This document shows positions 36,713 through 50,090 of a stretch of 64,000 nt of DNA, in pieces. Source of the DNA: Azolla caroliniana (lineage: Eukaryota; Plantae; Polypodiophyta); assembly GCA_043228905.1 (NCBI GenBank), contig JBHGNT010000003.1:22196001-22260000 (forward strand), written 5' to 3'. A program made the position numbers and the translations under genes. The notes beneath the pieces are model-generated. The model did not search any database. It had not been told where the DNA came from and saw nothing but the letters and a program-made list of their open reading frames with translations. Each line of letters begins with the position of its first letter. Position 1 is the first letter of the stretch.

Positions 36713-39700
36713 ATGCAAGGAATCCACTATAGTTATAAATATAACCATAAATTTGTGGCTACAAATCCGCCCTTCTTCTCTTCATATCTGCAACCAGATC
36801 AAAGGTTAAATGTTACTTGTAGTAAACACAAGTCTAGTAAAATATGTTTCAATGGTCTCAGACTTCAAACTGACCGAGCCCATGAGGAGCTAATTTATAA
36901 GAAGAGATTATTGATCCCAAAACAGCCCAAGAAGTCAAGTAGGCTTGTTCATTACACTAGACTTAACACCAGAGCTTCATCGCTAGCAGATTTATGCAAC
37001 CATGTGCTCGTTAATAGCACTCATATACCATCATCAACCCTAACCAATCTATCTTTAGATGGTATACCATCTTTAGTATTAACTAAATTACCCAATGTTC
37101 TCAGTAGCAAGGTTGCAGAATTATATGTGGGTGCTATCACTCTCTTGGGGGTATCAGCCAACTTAAGCCTTAATTCGAACTCCTTCCTGAACCTCCAATC
37201 CACGAAGAACTTGTTGGCTGAGAAGACTTATAGACTTAATGATGATGATGATACAGTAGACGAAGAGATGTCAAACCCTACTCTACCATTCATGCAACAT
37301 TATGATGCAAATGCTATCACAGATTACTACAACAAGAGACAATTCCTCGTTCTCTCTCGATTTTCATTCATTCTTCGTGAATGTTTGATGCTCTTCATCA
37401 ATGCCTTCATTGACTCAAAGATCTCCAAATCCACTAGCGGTGCCACTTCGAAGACCCACAGTCAATATGAAGAGGAGAACAGTGAGGACATTGAGAAGAT
37501 GAGAGCATCTCAACTTGCAGATTTGCTCATTAGGCTGGGCCCGACTGCCATTAAGGTAAATCAGATGCCAAAATAATTCCGAGAATTTAAGCTTCTCAAA
37601 CTTTTTGAGTTACCAATCTTGTAATTTTGTAGATTGGGCTATCTCTGAGTACCCGATCCGATCTTCTATCGCCTGCCTACATCCAAGCGCTTGAAAGACT
37701 TGAAGATCATGTTCATCCATTCTCTGACGAAGAAGCAAGAAACGTAATTGTTGAGGAGCTTGGACACCCGATTGAACACATTTTCTCACAATTTTCGGCT
37801 GAACCAGTTTCTGCTACATCATTGGGTCAAGTAACTCCTCTCTCTCTCTCTCTCTCTCTCTCTCAACTATTATATGCATGCATCGTGCATCCATGTATCT
37901 GTATGCAAATGTGTGTGTATGTGTCTCTATCTGTATTCGTGTATATATGACTATATCTGCATGTATATGGAGCATGTACATGCAGACCCAAGGTTATAAT
38001 TTGTGCCACACACAACGTATATGCACAATCTACCATGTATATACATATGCATATGGATCATGTACCATGAATTCCATCACGTATATGTATATGTGATGTT
38101 GCATCGAACCATGTATGTGTATATGCATATGCATATGAATAATGTGCAATGCTCATACATATCCACAAGTATCATGTAACTTTGGGTCTCATAGGGTTCT
38201 TTTTATTGCAGATGTCAATTTCACGTTCGATTTCATTTCTAATATTTTTCTCACTCTCATTGATGGTAGCTCCTTCACATATGTGCACATGTATAATGCA
38301 GGTATATAAGGCTAAACTGCGTGTTTCGGGGGAGAATGTGGCCGTGAAGGTGCAAAGACCCGGTGTGCTCAGCACAATTTCTTTAGATTTGTACATAATT
38401 AGATCTCTAGCGATGGGCATAAGTAAACTTCCCAACCAGCAAGGCACATCAGATTTCCTGATGTTTCTTGATCAGTGGGCTGACCATCTTTTCCAAGAGC
38501 TCGATTATACAATAGAGGTACCTTTCTCTTTCTATTTTTCTCTAAAAACTTGTTGATCTAGATGGATATATCCATGTGGATCCACCAGCAAACTTAGATC
38601 AGAGAAATCATTTTCAGTCAATGTTTCACCATGGTTGCAAACACTGTATACATTGTACATATATATCTGTGTAAATATATGTCATACATGTATGTATGTT
38701 TTCTGTAAGGATACTTGCATGTATTTCACAAACTTTACCTTCAAACTAGACAGAATTCTAAACCAAGTGTGTTTCTTTCTTAACCTTTATTACATTAGGC
38801 AAAAAGTGCAGAGCAGTTCGGTAGAAGCCTGAGATCGTTACAAAATGTGGTTGTGCCCAAGCCTATAATGGAATACACAACAAAGAAGGTAACCATCAAA
38901 TTACAAACTGAGAAGAGTTTATCAAATATGGACTAAAACAAAAACAAAACTTAATGCATATTTGATTGGCTTCAACCACTAACTATACATGGCCATTGTG
39001 TCGTTCATATATGTACATATCTAGGTTCTGACATCATCTTGGATTGAAGTCGACAAACTATCAAAAAACAAAGATGAGGCACACATGACGTCGGTGGCAT
39101 TGAATTGTTACTTATCCCAACTTTTGGATAGTGGTTTCATTCATGCTGATCCACATCCAGGAAATCTCTTGCTAACCCGAGATGGACGCTTATGTGTCCT
39201 TGATTTCGGATTAATGATTGAGGTAGAAAACATAATCTACAAAGTTATTGTTATTGTGCATCAGGAATAAATCTAGGCTTTAGAGATAGGCATTCATTGT
39301 GCAAATAGAAATTAAATTAAGGTTAGATATTCATAGGCATTTTTAAATTTGAATCAGTAATTTATTTCACTTACATCAACACCAGAAATATGGAAATCAA
39401 ATGATTACTCACCCCGTTCCCCTCCCCCCCTCCTTCCCTCCCAAAAAAAAACCTGTTCTCCTCCATATCCAGGTACCAGAAGATCAACGCTATGCTTTGA
39501 TTGAGTGTATGTCTCATATAGTGCATTCGGACTTTGAAAAAGTTGGAAATGACTTAATAAATTTGGGATTCTTGCCATCCGGACAAGTTGGAAAGGAAAT
39601 GGCTGCAGAGATTTTACCACATCTTAGTAGAGTTCTTGAAAGACTAGTCAAAGGTGGCGGCACGCAACATATGGAAGTTGATCAGGTACTAAATCTAAAT

Positions 39701-41850
39701 ATTACGATGAGTTTGACAGTATTTTGTATGTTGGAGCAACAAAACAACGCATGTCCATCTCCATGTTCAGATGAAGATGTTGGGTGTTCCTTGGGTGCTT
39801 TGTTGTGTATTGAATATGTGACTTCATGTCCATCCCTGGGTGCTTCTTGGGGTATTTAATATACATGACTTCATGCCTATCTCCATATTCACATCAAACT
39901 TCACTGTAAACAAGTTCCAATGCTCTCTATTAGATGGCCTGGAGTACTTTTTGGGATATTGAACAGACTGCATTAGTAGATGTCCCTTTGGTGCTAATGC
40001 ACATAACTTCATGTTAGGATTCCCTTGACTTCAAGATTAGGGGTTCCAATGCACTATTACCCGTCCTTAAGTGCTTTGTGGAGTATTAAACGAATGACTT
40101 CATAGTACTACTTCCGACACAGTAACCACTAGGCCTGCTACTACGGAACAGATTTTCACACACTCTAGTTTCATTTCCTGTGAAACATTCTTTCTGTGAT
40201 CATACCAATATATTAGGATGTGGAAGTGATTTTCAATAGTAACCACAAATGTAAATTCTAATTAGGACATTTAAATAGGTTTATATACCTTTGTTTAATT
40301 TCCTATGTAACTTGCTGAATTTCCCATAGATACTTGCTGATCTCGTAGACCTGGCAAATGAGTATAGACTTGTGATTCCAACCTACTTCACAACGATTTT
40401 CAGAGCTTTCTCAATACTGGAAGGAATGGGACTAAAATCAAATCCGGATTATGCGATCATCAATGAATGCTACCCATATATATGCAAGAAATTGTTGACA
40501 GATAATAGGTATTATATATTAATGTTCATTCACACACAATCTTTTCCAATGCTACTAGGCCTGTATATGATGAAGGATATTTTTTTGACACGGGCATATA
40601 CACATTTACATACATATTTAGTTTTTATTGTGTATTTTGTCTTGAAATTAATTCTTGTATGTTCTATTATATAAATCCTCGAGCTTGAGCCATATTGAAG
40701 TATTTCTTACATGGCAAGAAAGAGCAACTCGATGCAAATACACATTTACATACATATTTAGTTTTTATTGTGTATGTTGTCTTGAAATTAGTTCTTGTAT
40801 GTTCTATTATATCAGCCCTCGAGCTCGAGCCATATTGAAGTATTTCTTATATGGCAAGAAAGAGCAACTTGATGCAGTGCGTGTGGAGGCAGTATTCCGT
40901 GGATTCCAAGAGTTTCAAAAAGTGATGGTTACTGCCGATGATAATGCATTATCTCTCAATGATCCTTTGTCAAAGCAAATAATATCCTCTTTATTTGCAC
41001 CTGAAGGAAGTTTCATTCAAGAGCTCTTGCTTGCTGAGGTATATCTATATATCTAATGCACAATTAGTCTTGTAAGAGTGACATATATAAGTGCATAGAT
41101 ATATAATGTAATATACAGATTCTTATATGTTTTTCTTAATTATATATTTTGTGATTTTGCTTTTTGCAGCTTGTTCGAATTGTTGATGCGTTATCTCGAG
41201 AGGCAATCGTAGAGCTTTGGAAGAGTTTCGTGGGAGTTGTTCCAGCACCCTTTCCTCAAATGTTTGTGGCCCTATGGCCTCTGCCAAATTTTGGTCTATT
41301 TGGTGTGGCTTCCTACAGTTTGTCACAAGAGGATAAAGAGGCCTTAGCATTGGTAAAGAGGCTCTGGAAATTGATGGGGTCGGAAGTGAGCACACACTCT
41401 CTTCTAGGTATATACACACTATTTCTCTCTTCTTAAGGGAGGCTATTCATACCCAATAATAAGTGACCCCTCGATCTTTGCTAGACAACCTTACAATTGT
41501 CTTGGAATAATTAATCTTTTGTTTTGGTTTGTTTCACTTGCATGTTTAGTTCTAATACATCAACTCTTTTCTTTTCTTTTATAAGAGCTAAGATTTATTC
41601 TTTTGGCATTCCAGACATGAGGATGGTGACACAAAGCCTCAATGTGATGTTTCCTCAAATCACGACGGGGGCAGTTATGGCTTCCACGAGGTTTTGGTTG
41701 ATGCTTCTTCACCGAAAAGCTCTTCGCTATGCTGATGATTTGGATGGAACAAATTCTTTGGTTTATTGGAACAAAGACCCTGCAGCACATGCAAGGCATG
41801 TGAGACCACTCGTGCTTCCATTTGCGAAAACAAATACAAAACAATATTGA
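36713..41850 (+). CDS. ABC1K/UbiB-family atypical kinase, probably plastid-targeted; exons 36713-37555, 37633-37830, 38302-38517, 38799-38888, 39025-39222, 39473-39685, 40330-40508, 40816-41038, 41170-41385, ~41593-41850
   Basis: GT-AG introns join in frame: LGPTAIK|[19 protein letters not shown]|[57 protein letters not shown]. The last acceptor is uncertain. Confidence 0.9.
40598..40876 (+). repeat. 140-bp tandem duplication across the ABC1K intron 7 / exon 8 junction
   Basis: cacatttacatacatatttag at 40601 and 40741; both copies run to gagcaact.gatgca. Confidence 0.88.
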
Positions 41851-42127
41851 ATCCATGAAACGAAAAAATCAAATCTAAGGCAAAAGCAAAGCCAACCATA
41901 ACTCAAGATGTTGCCTCAATGTTGCCAAACACACAAGCATTCAATCATTCTGTGACACATGAGGACCCAATGTTTTAGAGATTTCTAGTTAAAAGGGAAT
42001 ACTCTCTCTAAAAAATGAACCAAGAGTAAGACATATGAGGTTCATGGAAAGTTTTGTATAGTTTCCAACGCCATGCCACAATGTCTACCTACCTCCCATG
42101 TGAAGTATACAATGTTGAATAGTTATT

Positions 42128-42161
<34 letters not shown>

Positions 42162-43302
42162 GCACATTATACTCACTGACTCACTCTTCAGAGTACTGCA
42201 TATTTTTATCAATAAAATGTTTCTCCCTATGCACCAGCACAATATAAACATTATTGACGCTTTTACTTTACAAAGACTGCAAATATGTGACACATTCACT
42301 TTGATAGTAGTGCCTAGATCAATCATTACAACACAATAATGGTTTGCATCTCTTAGCTTACCATTGATGTGACGTTTTCCATGTTATCCTGCCAGGTTGC
42401 CATATAGGATACTATTTTTGACAGTAGCCTATGGTATACACCATCATTTATCGCATTATTGGCATTGTGCACATATCCCATAGCATTTTTATACACAAGT
42501 ATACAGATTCAATGAAATTACAGAGTTATATATGCTGAATTGGCCATACCATTCTTTTCTATATATACATCACGCTTATATACAGAGCATGCAATGCTGG
42601 TGTACTAATTTTTTGTTAGAATGGAAATCAATGTCTCCTTTGATCATTTTGGATACATCTAGATTCTCTATTATAATTTATTGGCCCCAACATACGCTTT
42701 CTTCACATGCCAATTCAATTTAACAAATGGGAATAAAAAAGAAGAGAAAACTTTACATCCTAATAGATATCAAGGCAAAAGTTACAACTGCTAATGTTGA
42801 AAAATAGTTCTCAATACAAAATAGAGCTAAAAGTTGTGTATCTTTCCAATACTTACACACAAGGTCTCAAATAATCTATTGTCATTTGAACCCTAGTGTT
42901 CCCCTTGCTCTTTGCCATTAAAGCAAGAGGAACATCCACAGCAGGGGAAATGTAATTCACCTTATATATCCCACCATATATAATAAGAGGCTCCTTGATG
43001 CTCGGTCTTGCATTTGCATTTATATGTCTCCATATAAAAGGCCCAAAAAGAAATGGAAATCAAATCTTGTCCAGCAAAAGCAACCTTTGGATCTCTTTAC
43101 TCACATTTGCATACGAACGAGAATATTAAGTTCCATCAAAAGAAAGCTCGAAATCAATGGAAACCAAATATGTTTTTCTTGTTATCTCAGACAACCTTTT
43201 TGATATATAAATATAATGATATAGATATATCTCCTCTTCACGGGACCCCATCCATCATCCACCCACCCTTTTACACACTTTCTCTAGGATACCTCTTTCC
43301 AA

Positions 43303-45960
43303 TTATGGCCTTACGTAGCACCTATCCCGACCTCCGGGATGGTATACTGGAATGATCCGCACCGTTACTTCTGATCCAACTTGCATCAATCTTTCCAATA
43401 ATGGAATGCCCCCAGAGCAACCAAGATGCATCGCTGACAAGAAACCTTCTCGTCCGTTTGGCAAAGTCACGAAATACCCCACACTATTGATCTCTCGAAT
43501 AACACCTTGCACAGTCCCTGGGTCTCCTGGCTTATACATCTTGGAATAGTCAAGTTGGAAGTTCTTGCGTTCCTCTTCAAGTTCTTTCTCACGCAGTTGT
43601 TGCATTGCTTCTCTCCGGTATTGCTTCATCCGCATCTTTGCCTCCAAATTATATGGACGGGTTCGCACTGTGGAGCTCATTGAGCGTATTGGTTGATAGG
43701 TTTGATAAGTTGGCACTTCTGGTGGTGTCAGAGGTGGAGATGGTGTCGCTGTCTAGTTAATCAAGGGGTAACAGAAAAAAGGGAAAGTTATACCAAAAAA
43801 ATGTTTCTTTTTCTATTGTATTATAAAAAAGGTTAGCTCCATTATCTCTCTAAAGTCTCTAAATTATTTCAAAACTCTCCAAACAAAGGGGAAAGTTATA
43901 CAAATTTATGGTTCTTTTTCTACTGTATTATAAAAAAGGTTTAATCTATTGTCTCTGTAAAGTCTCTAAATTATTTCAAAATTCTACAAAGGGGAGAGTT
44001 ATTAAAAAATATGGTTCTTCTTCTCCTGTATATTGGCTTTTTCCTTTGATGGTCAAGAAAAAAGATTCATAAATATAGTTCTTTTGTTCACACACACACA
44101 TATGCGTAATTCTATATGTATTAGTTTAAAAAAACGTGATTCGTTAACATGACTCCTTTTCTTGGATATATGCTCAATGTTTTCTCTACATTATTTCAGA
44201 AAGTGACTCCTTAATCTCATAAATAATGAGATAAGGAAATCAAGATGCACATGGTAGACAAGATGATCATAAGGCAGCTAGTATGAACGAGCAATCATAT
44301 TAATGCTATTTACAATGAATAATATTCTGCCCAATCACCACACATTTATCTACACTATATGATTTCTTAATAATTGTTTTCTATGTGATTAGGGAATCGC
44401 ATTTTTGACCAAGTATACAGAAAAACCAAGCATCTTCTTTTAATACCTTGAACATGATAGGTAGTTTTGTCAACTTCCATGAAAAATAGTGGAAACTTAC
44501 AAATCGCTAAGTTTAATATCATATGAAGAACCCGTAAAATTATAGAAAATAAGGGCTAATCTTTTAAAGTTTTTATAGTAATTTGTTTATGTTTATCATA
44601 TATGAATTGTAGATGCTAATTCTTCTTGTTAATTCGGTAGATCTGTCTACAATAATGGTATTAAAATAGCCAAAAGTTTTCAAATACCTTGAATTTGACG
44701 AAAATATTTGCCCCTTAATTCTATTTCCTTCGACATTTAATTATAATGACCACATTGACACTGGAATCAACATCTAGACTTACAGAAACAGCAAAAACAA
44801 TATTGATTGTGCAAAACATATGAAACATCCATTTGGCAAACATATTAGCCCCGGTTTCTATTTTCCTTTGACATTTATCACGGTAGAGCAGCTAGAATGA
44901 TACTCAAAAAATATATAAACGAATTTGCAAAAGTGAAGAAAAGGCTTACTTGAATAGTGTTCTCCTTGGGGATATTCGATTCATATTGAGCCTGATAATT
45001 ACTGTGTTGTTGCTCAGGGACATTTTGAGCATATTGGTTTTGATAACTACTCTGCTGTTGCTCGGGGACATTCTGGTCAGGGCCATTCTGGTTACTATTA
45101 TAATGCTGCCCATAAATATTACTCTGTTGTTGTGCAGGGGCATTCTGGTTATTATTATAATAGTGCTGATAAGTGTTCTGCTCTGGGATGTTATATTGGC
45201 CATTGAAATTGTTGTTATTATTATACTGCCCATATAAATTATTCTGCTCCGGAGGCAAACTTTGGTTATTATAAAGCCCGTTATAATTAGCATTTTGGTG
45301 ATACTGCCCATTAAAATTTCTCTCACTTTGGTTATTATATTGCCCATTAAAATTACTCTCACTTTGATTATTATATTGCCCATTAAAATTACTCTCACTT
45401 TGATTATTATATTGCCCATTAAAATTATTCTGATCTGGCACATTTTGGCTACCATATTGCCCATTTAAATTACTCTGATCCAAGCCATTTTGGTTATTAT
45501 ATTGCCCATGAAAATTACTCTGCTCAGAGCCATTTTGGTTATTATATTGCCCATAAATATTACCCTGCTCGGAGCCATTTTGGTTATTATATTGCCCATT
45601 AAAATTAGTTTGGTTTTGCCCATTTTGGTTATTATACTGTTCATACGCATTATTCTGTTCTTGGGTATTTTGGTTATTATAATGCCCATATAAGTTATTC
45701 TGCTCTTGGGCATTCTGGTTATTATATTGCCCATTGAAATTGTTCTGCTCTTGGGCACTTTGATTATATTGTGCACTTAGAGAAATTGGTTTCCGATGGT
45801 GTGAAGAACCCCTTAAGGCCCCATCATTGAAGGAAAGCTGAGAGCCTTTAAAATTGATCAGATTTGAGTTTCCGTGAAATATGTTATATTTTCCATTGGG
45901 TCGAATTAGCGAAGAGACAGCATATTGATGTGATGCAGATGCGGCAGTTAAAGATATCAT
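43303..45960 (-). CDS. S1-like RNA-binding protein B, 486 aa, 2 coding exons (45960-44950, 43752-43303): plastid-transit-like N-terminus, N/Q-rich repeat, S1 domain
   Basis: Exon 1 MISLTAASASHQYAVSSLIRP..RKPISLSA, then N/Q repeats to ENTIQ|gtaag; acceptor ttaactAG at 43753, phase 0; TATPSPPLTPPEVPTYQ is in frame with the S1 ORF 43303-43716. A probable 5'-UTR intron spans 47312-45981. Confidence 0.85.
45200..45772 (-). repeat. Coding tandem repeat of 45-bp and 36-bp units (QYNNQNGxEQxNFNG / QYNNQSESNFNG), about 14 degenerate copies
   Basis: Recurring ttattatattgcccattaaaatt on the + strand; translation in ORF 44878-45960. Confidence 0.9.
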
Positions 45961-48309
45961 TTTTGAAAGTGATTAATGTCCTGGTGAGGATAAACAAAAG
46001 CAAAGAAAAAATGAACTTTTGAATACACAATTTATACACTCAACTTGTTCACACCTTCACTCACTTGATTGCTTGCATACTCGCCCAATCGCCCACTCAT
46101 TCATTCTCACACTATCTCTGATTGAATCAATCAGGTAGTTCATTCATTAAGTCAGCATGTCATTTGTTCCATCCTCCTTTTATTCAAGATCAATCACTGC
46201 CACAGACCACAGAGGCCAGTGGCCATTCACTCGACTGGAGATCACTGGCTCGGTCATTCCATTGTTCAATTATTGAGTAATTCTATACACACTCACTCGA
46301 TCATTTACCAGGTCATTCTCTCAGTAGGCAGATTTTTCAATCTGTCACACTTTGATCGATGTTCATTTGGTTTATAATAACTCCACACTGATTGGACCAT
46401 TCTCTCAATCTCACTGGTTCCCCGGTCATTCTCACACTCGCTCATTTCCTCATATAGTCTTCAACCACTTGATCCCTTGGGCCATCACCTAAGTTATCCA
46501 CTGGGACATTCCCTCAATCGAACACTCAATGAGGTGATTTATCTCAGAAGCTCATGTCAATGGGGTCATTCACTCATTTGCTCAACCAATCCTTTTGATT
46601 GACCAATCACTGAGATACTCATTTATTCAGTCATCTTCACATACTCACTTGATCATCTCCCACTCGTTCACTAATTCAAATATTTTTCATAGCTAGACAG
46701 CCCTAGATGTGAAGTGGGAAGCACCTAGAGGAAAAATTAATCCTTTTACTCTCATATCTCATCATCATTCAGTTGAGAATTATCTTAATTATAATTGAAA
46801 CCCATGCTATTATAAGACAGTATAAGCATGTTTCCACTAAAAACATACTACATATGTACAGACACACACGCACACAAACACAGCAAAAGATGCTTAGTTC
46901 TAGACACAAAAAATGAAAACATTGTAAATAAAGCTTGTTTCTTAATACCTTAAATAGACCCACAAATAAACCCTAATAAAAGTATTTCGCATAATAGTAT
47001 ATGCCTCAATATAACTGGACGCCTACACAGATGGAGACTCGATCCCCTTTTTTGATACTTCAAGCAGACCCAAATACAACCCTAAAATTGATATGTTGCA
47101 AAGACTATAATCAATCATCTCCACGGATGATTAGTCTACACAACTGAGCAGAGAGCAGGAAAGAGAGATAAATCTGTCTGTCTATTGAAACTGTGGTCAA
47201 GAGAAAGAGGCTCCTCCAACATCTACCGTAACGACGTAAGATTTCACCCCAACAAAACCCTAATACTAATTCACAGACACGGGGAAAGAGAGAGCAGAGA
47301 GCAGAGACATACCTGAGCTTCAGTTGTATCTTCTTTTCCTTCAACTCAAAACGTTGGGCTCTTGTGCAAAGAGGGTAGGCGGAGGACGGAAGGAAGAAAA
47401 AGAAGAAGGAGAAGAAGATAGGGGTCGGTCACTAAAACCCAAGATAATTCTCTCAAGAAGAAGATATTTTCTGTGGGCTGCTTTCACACTCTGATGGCCT
47501 CCTCTCCACACAATTCCCCCTTACCAAACTAACAGACACTCGCTCTCCTTTCCAACACCCACACGTCGGTCGGTCGTGTCTCTGCCTCGTCCGTATTCTT
47601 CCATTTATGCTTTTGCGGGTTTTGCTTTCACACCTTCAGGGCTCTCGAGACAGTTTCTGACCCAGCCTGCTTGCTTCTCACTCTTGTCCTCGCCTGCCTT
47701 GGCCCAACCCACGAATGTTTGTGGTCGAACTGCCTACCTTTCCCCTACTAAAATTGTTGATGTTTGTGGTGTGCTTTCACACCTTCAAGGGGCACCTTGA
47801 GAAAACCCCCATCCAACTTTGCTTTTTGTGTTTGTCCTCCAACCACATTTGTGTCTCACTTTGGCTCAACTCGTGAATGTTTCTAGTTTGCCTCTCACAC
47901 CTTTTACGGCCCTCGATACATTTACATATCCCCAAAGTGTGCTTTTAATGCTTTTCCTTCCATCCACATCCCTGTTTCCGTTGCCTCCATCTGGTCAATG
48001 CCTCTATTACTCATCCTTCTCTCCCTTCCGTGTTGCTTGGGGCTCATGTATGGATCTATATATGGAAGCCATGGCTCGACAAATGCTATTTAGTGGAGTT
48101 GTTTAATTCACACCTCTATCCTTTCGAGTAACCTTTCACACTTTTACACGTATGTGTAATCTAATCAAACCGAAAGATGTGAATGCTTGCTTCACATTTT
48201 CACCTTCTATCTCCCAACATTTAGATGGAAGGTAAGGTGTCAAAACCAATATCCCTTTTATTGCTCTTGGATTGAAACATCAAGGTATCAAAACCTAAAG
48301 GAAACATTG

Positions 48310-49490
48310 AAACTATATACCAAATCTGAAGTGAAGGGATCTTTAATTGTAGATTTGATGGAAGAAAATCACCTTTGGTGCAAGGGTTGGAGTAACCTTA
48401 TTGTGTGAACCAAGAATGAAGAACATCTCTTTCTACCATCAAAGGATCAAATGTGCGACAATGGAACAACTCCAATTAAGATCCCTAGTGAAGACTAGCG
48501 TAGAAATAAAGATCTCACCTTCCTTGCACCGTGATTGGTCCCAAGGATTCAAGTGTTATTTAACAATGCTTTCCAAGGCGAGGGTAATGATTCTATGAAA
48601 CTCATGAAAGATTTCATTTCCATTTATTTGCAAAACATGGAAGTTGTCATCATGGTTTGTAAAACAAAACTAGATAATGTGATTGGTGTTGTTTTGGGAT
48701 CCAAACAATTCTAAACAACATAAGAGAATGTAATGAGCCATTTGATCACTATGTGTGCGCCACCCATTGGCATACAAGGGGTTAAGTTGATTGAGAGCGT
48801 CAAAGGACTTAACGCCTTCTTTATTCACCAACGAAAGGTGGAAAATAGAAAATGACTACAAATGAAAAGCTAAGAAAGCAACTTACGCAAGGTGAGCCAT
48901 GAATGTCATGTCTATAAGGAGACCAAAAATCTAGGTTTTTGCAACAATATCCTTAACATCCTTGGCTTCAAGAATTACCTAGAGGTCTTTGTGATAGCTA
49001 AAGCATGGTTGGAAGAAGTGAAAGATGCATTGTTGTAGACTAATGAAATCAATGGATCCACGTAACTTGTATGAAGTCATAGTAGTGGGATCGGTACTTG
49101 CTTGTAAAAAAGCCAATATCTAGAGAAGAGAACCAAAACGAACCAAAACAATTGATATGCAAGAGGAAGAATCTTGCAAGAGAATGGTAATAGAGATAAT
49201 GTAAACCTTGGAACCTGCTACGAAATTAGGAATAGAAATTGCTACCAATCACCAAGAGATCTTTAAGGGCATTGGATGAAATGCATAAAAAGCTTTATCT
49301 ATGTATGAGGGAAGACATTATCAACAAGGTTGAGAAAGCAACCAATAAGTTATTGAAGTTTGTCAAGGAGTATGAGGCTAAGAAGCAACCGTCTTGTTTT
49401 GTCATCCTTACTAGTGATGGTGTGAAGAACATAGGGAAGCTGGTGACTTCACCCATGTTTTATCTTTGAGAGTTCAACTCTATCGAGAGG
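48310..49490 (+). pseudogene. Degenerate Roco paralog, COR to coiled-coil region
   Basis: TKSEVKGSLIVDLMEENHLWC; PIGIQGVKLIESV; AWLEEVKD; MREDIINKVEKATNKLLKFVKEYEAKKQPSCFVILTSDGVKNIGKLVT; many stops. Confidence 0.85.
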
Positions 49491-49739
49491 TTCACACTTT
49501 TGATCTATAGGTTCAACTACTTAGAAAACATGGTGCATGTGCATATTCTGATAGGAGAGAAGAGAGTGGAGTCTCACAACTACATAACGAGACATATTAT
49601 GTATGTATATGTACATATTTGGCTCTAGGATTATTCAGCCTTGAGTTAGGGTTTCTTAAAGTTGTGTCCAAGATCTGTAATTGTTGCTGCGGTGGATGCA
49701 CTTGCTCTCTCGGGGGCTTCCATTCTCTGATATGCGGAC

Positions 49740-50090
49740 TGGAAGAATGGATCCCACCACTTAAGAGGGATTCGGGGCATGTTCAATCAAGGTGGGAGAT
49801 CTCTCTCTCTCTCTCTCTCTCTCGAGTCTTCATGAAGTCGATGTGGCCGTTCATCAGCTGAGATGCGTATGCAGGGAAGACGACCCCACCCTTCTGTCAT
49901 AAGTTGGGAGAGCTTATGACCAGTGAAGGCATCCAGACTGATTGAGGTCGTAGCCATAGAAAAGGATGAACTACGGCTCTCGTTGCTGGACATGGTTTAT
50001 GAAATCTGCACACAGGTGAGCCAACATCTTTCAAAGCATTAAAACATCAAAACAATGAATCATTCCATGTTCGAAGTTTAGACATATTTG
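49740..50090 (+). pseudogene. Roco fragment containing the P-loop
   Basis: gatgcgtatgcagggaagacgacc = DAYAGKTT; later VYEICTQVSQHLSKH; large internal deletions. Confidence 0.75.

Noticed and set aside
44946-45776. Ile-rich ORFs (44946-45464, 44950-45237, 45262-45468, 45465-45776, 45490-45693) that look like membrane proteins
   Set aside because: They are alternative frames or the antisense of the N/Q coding repeat.
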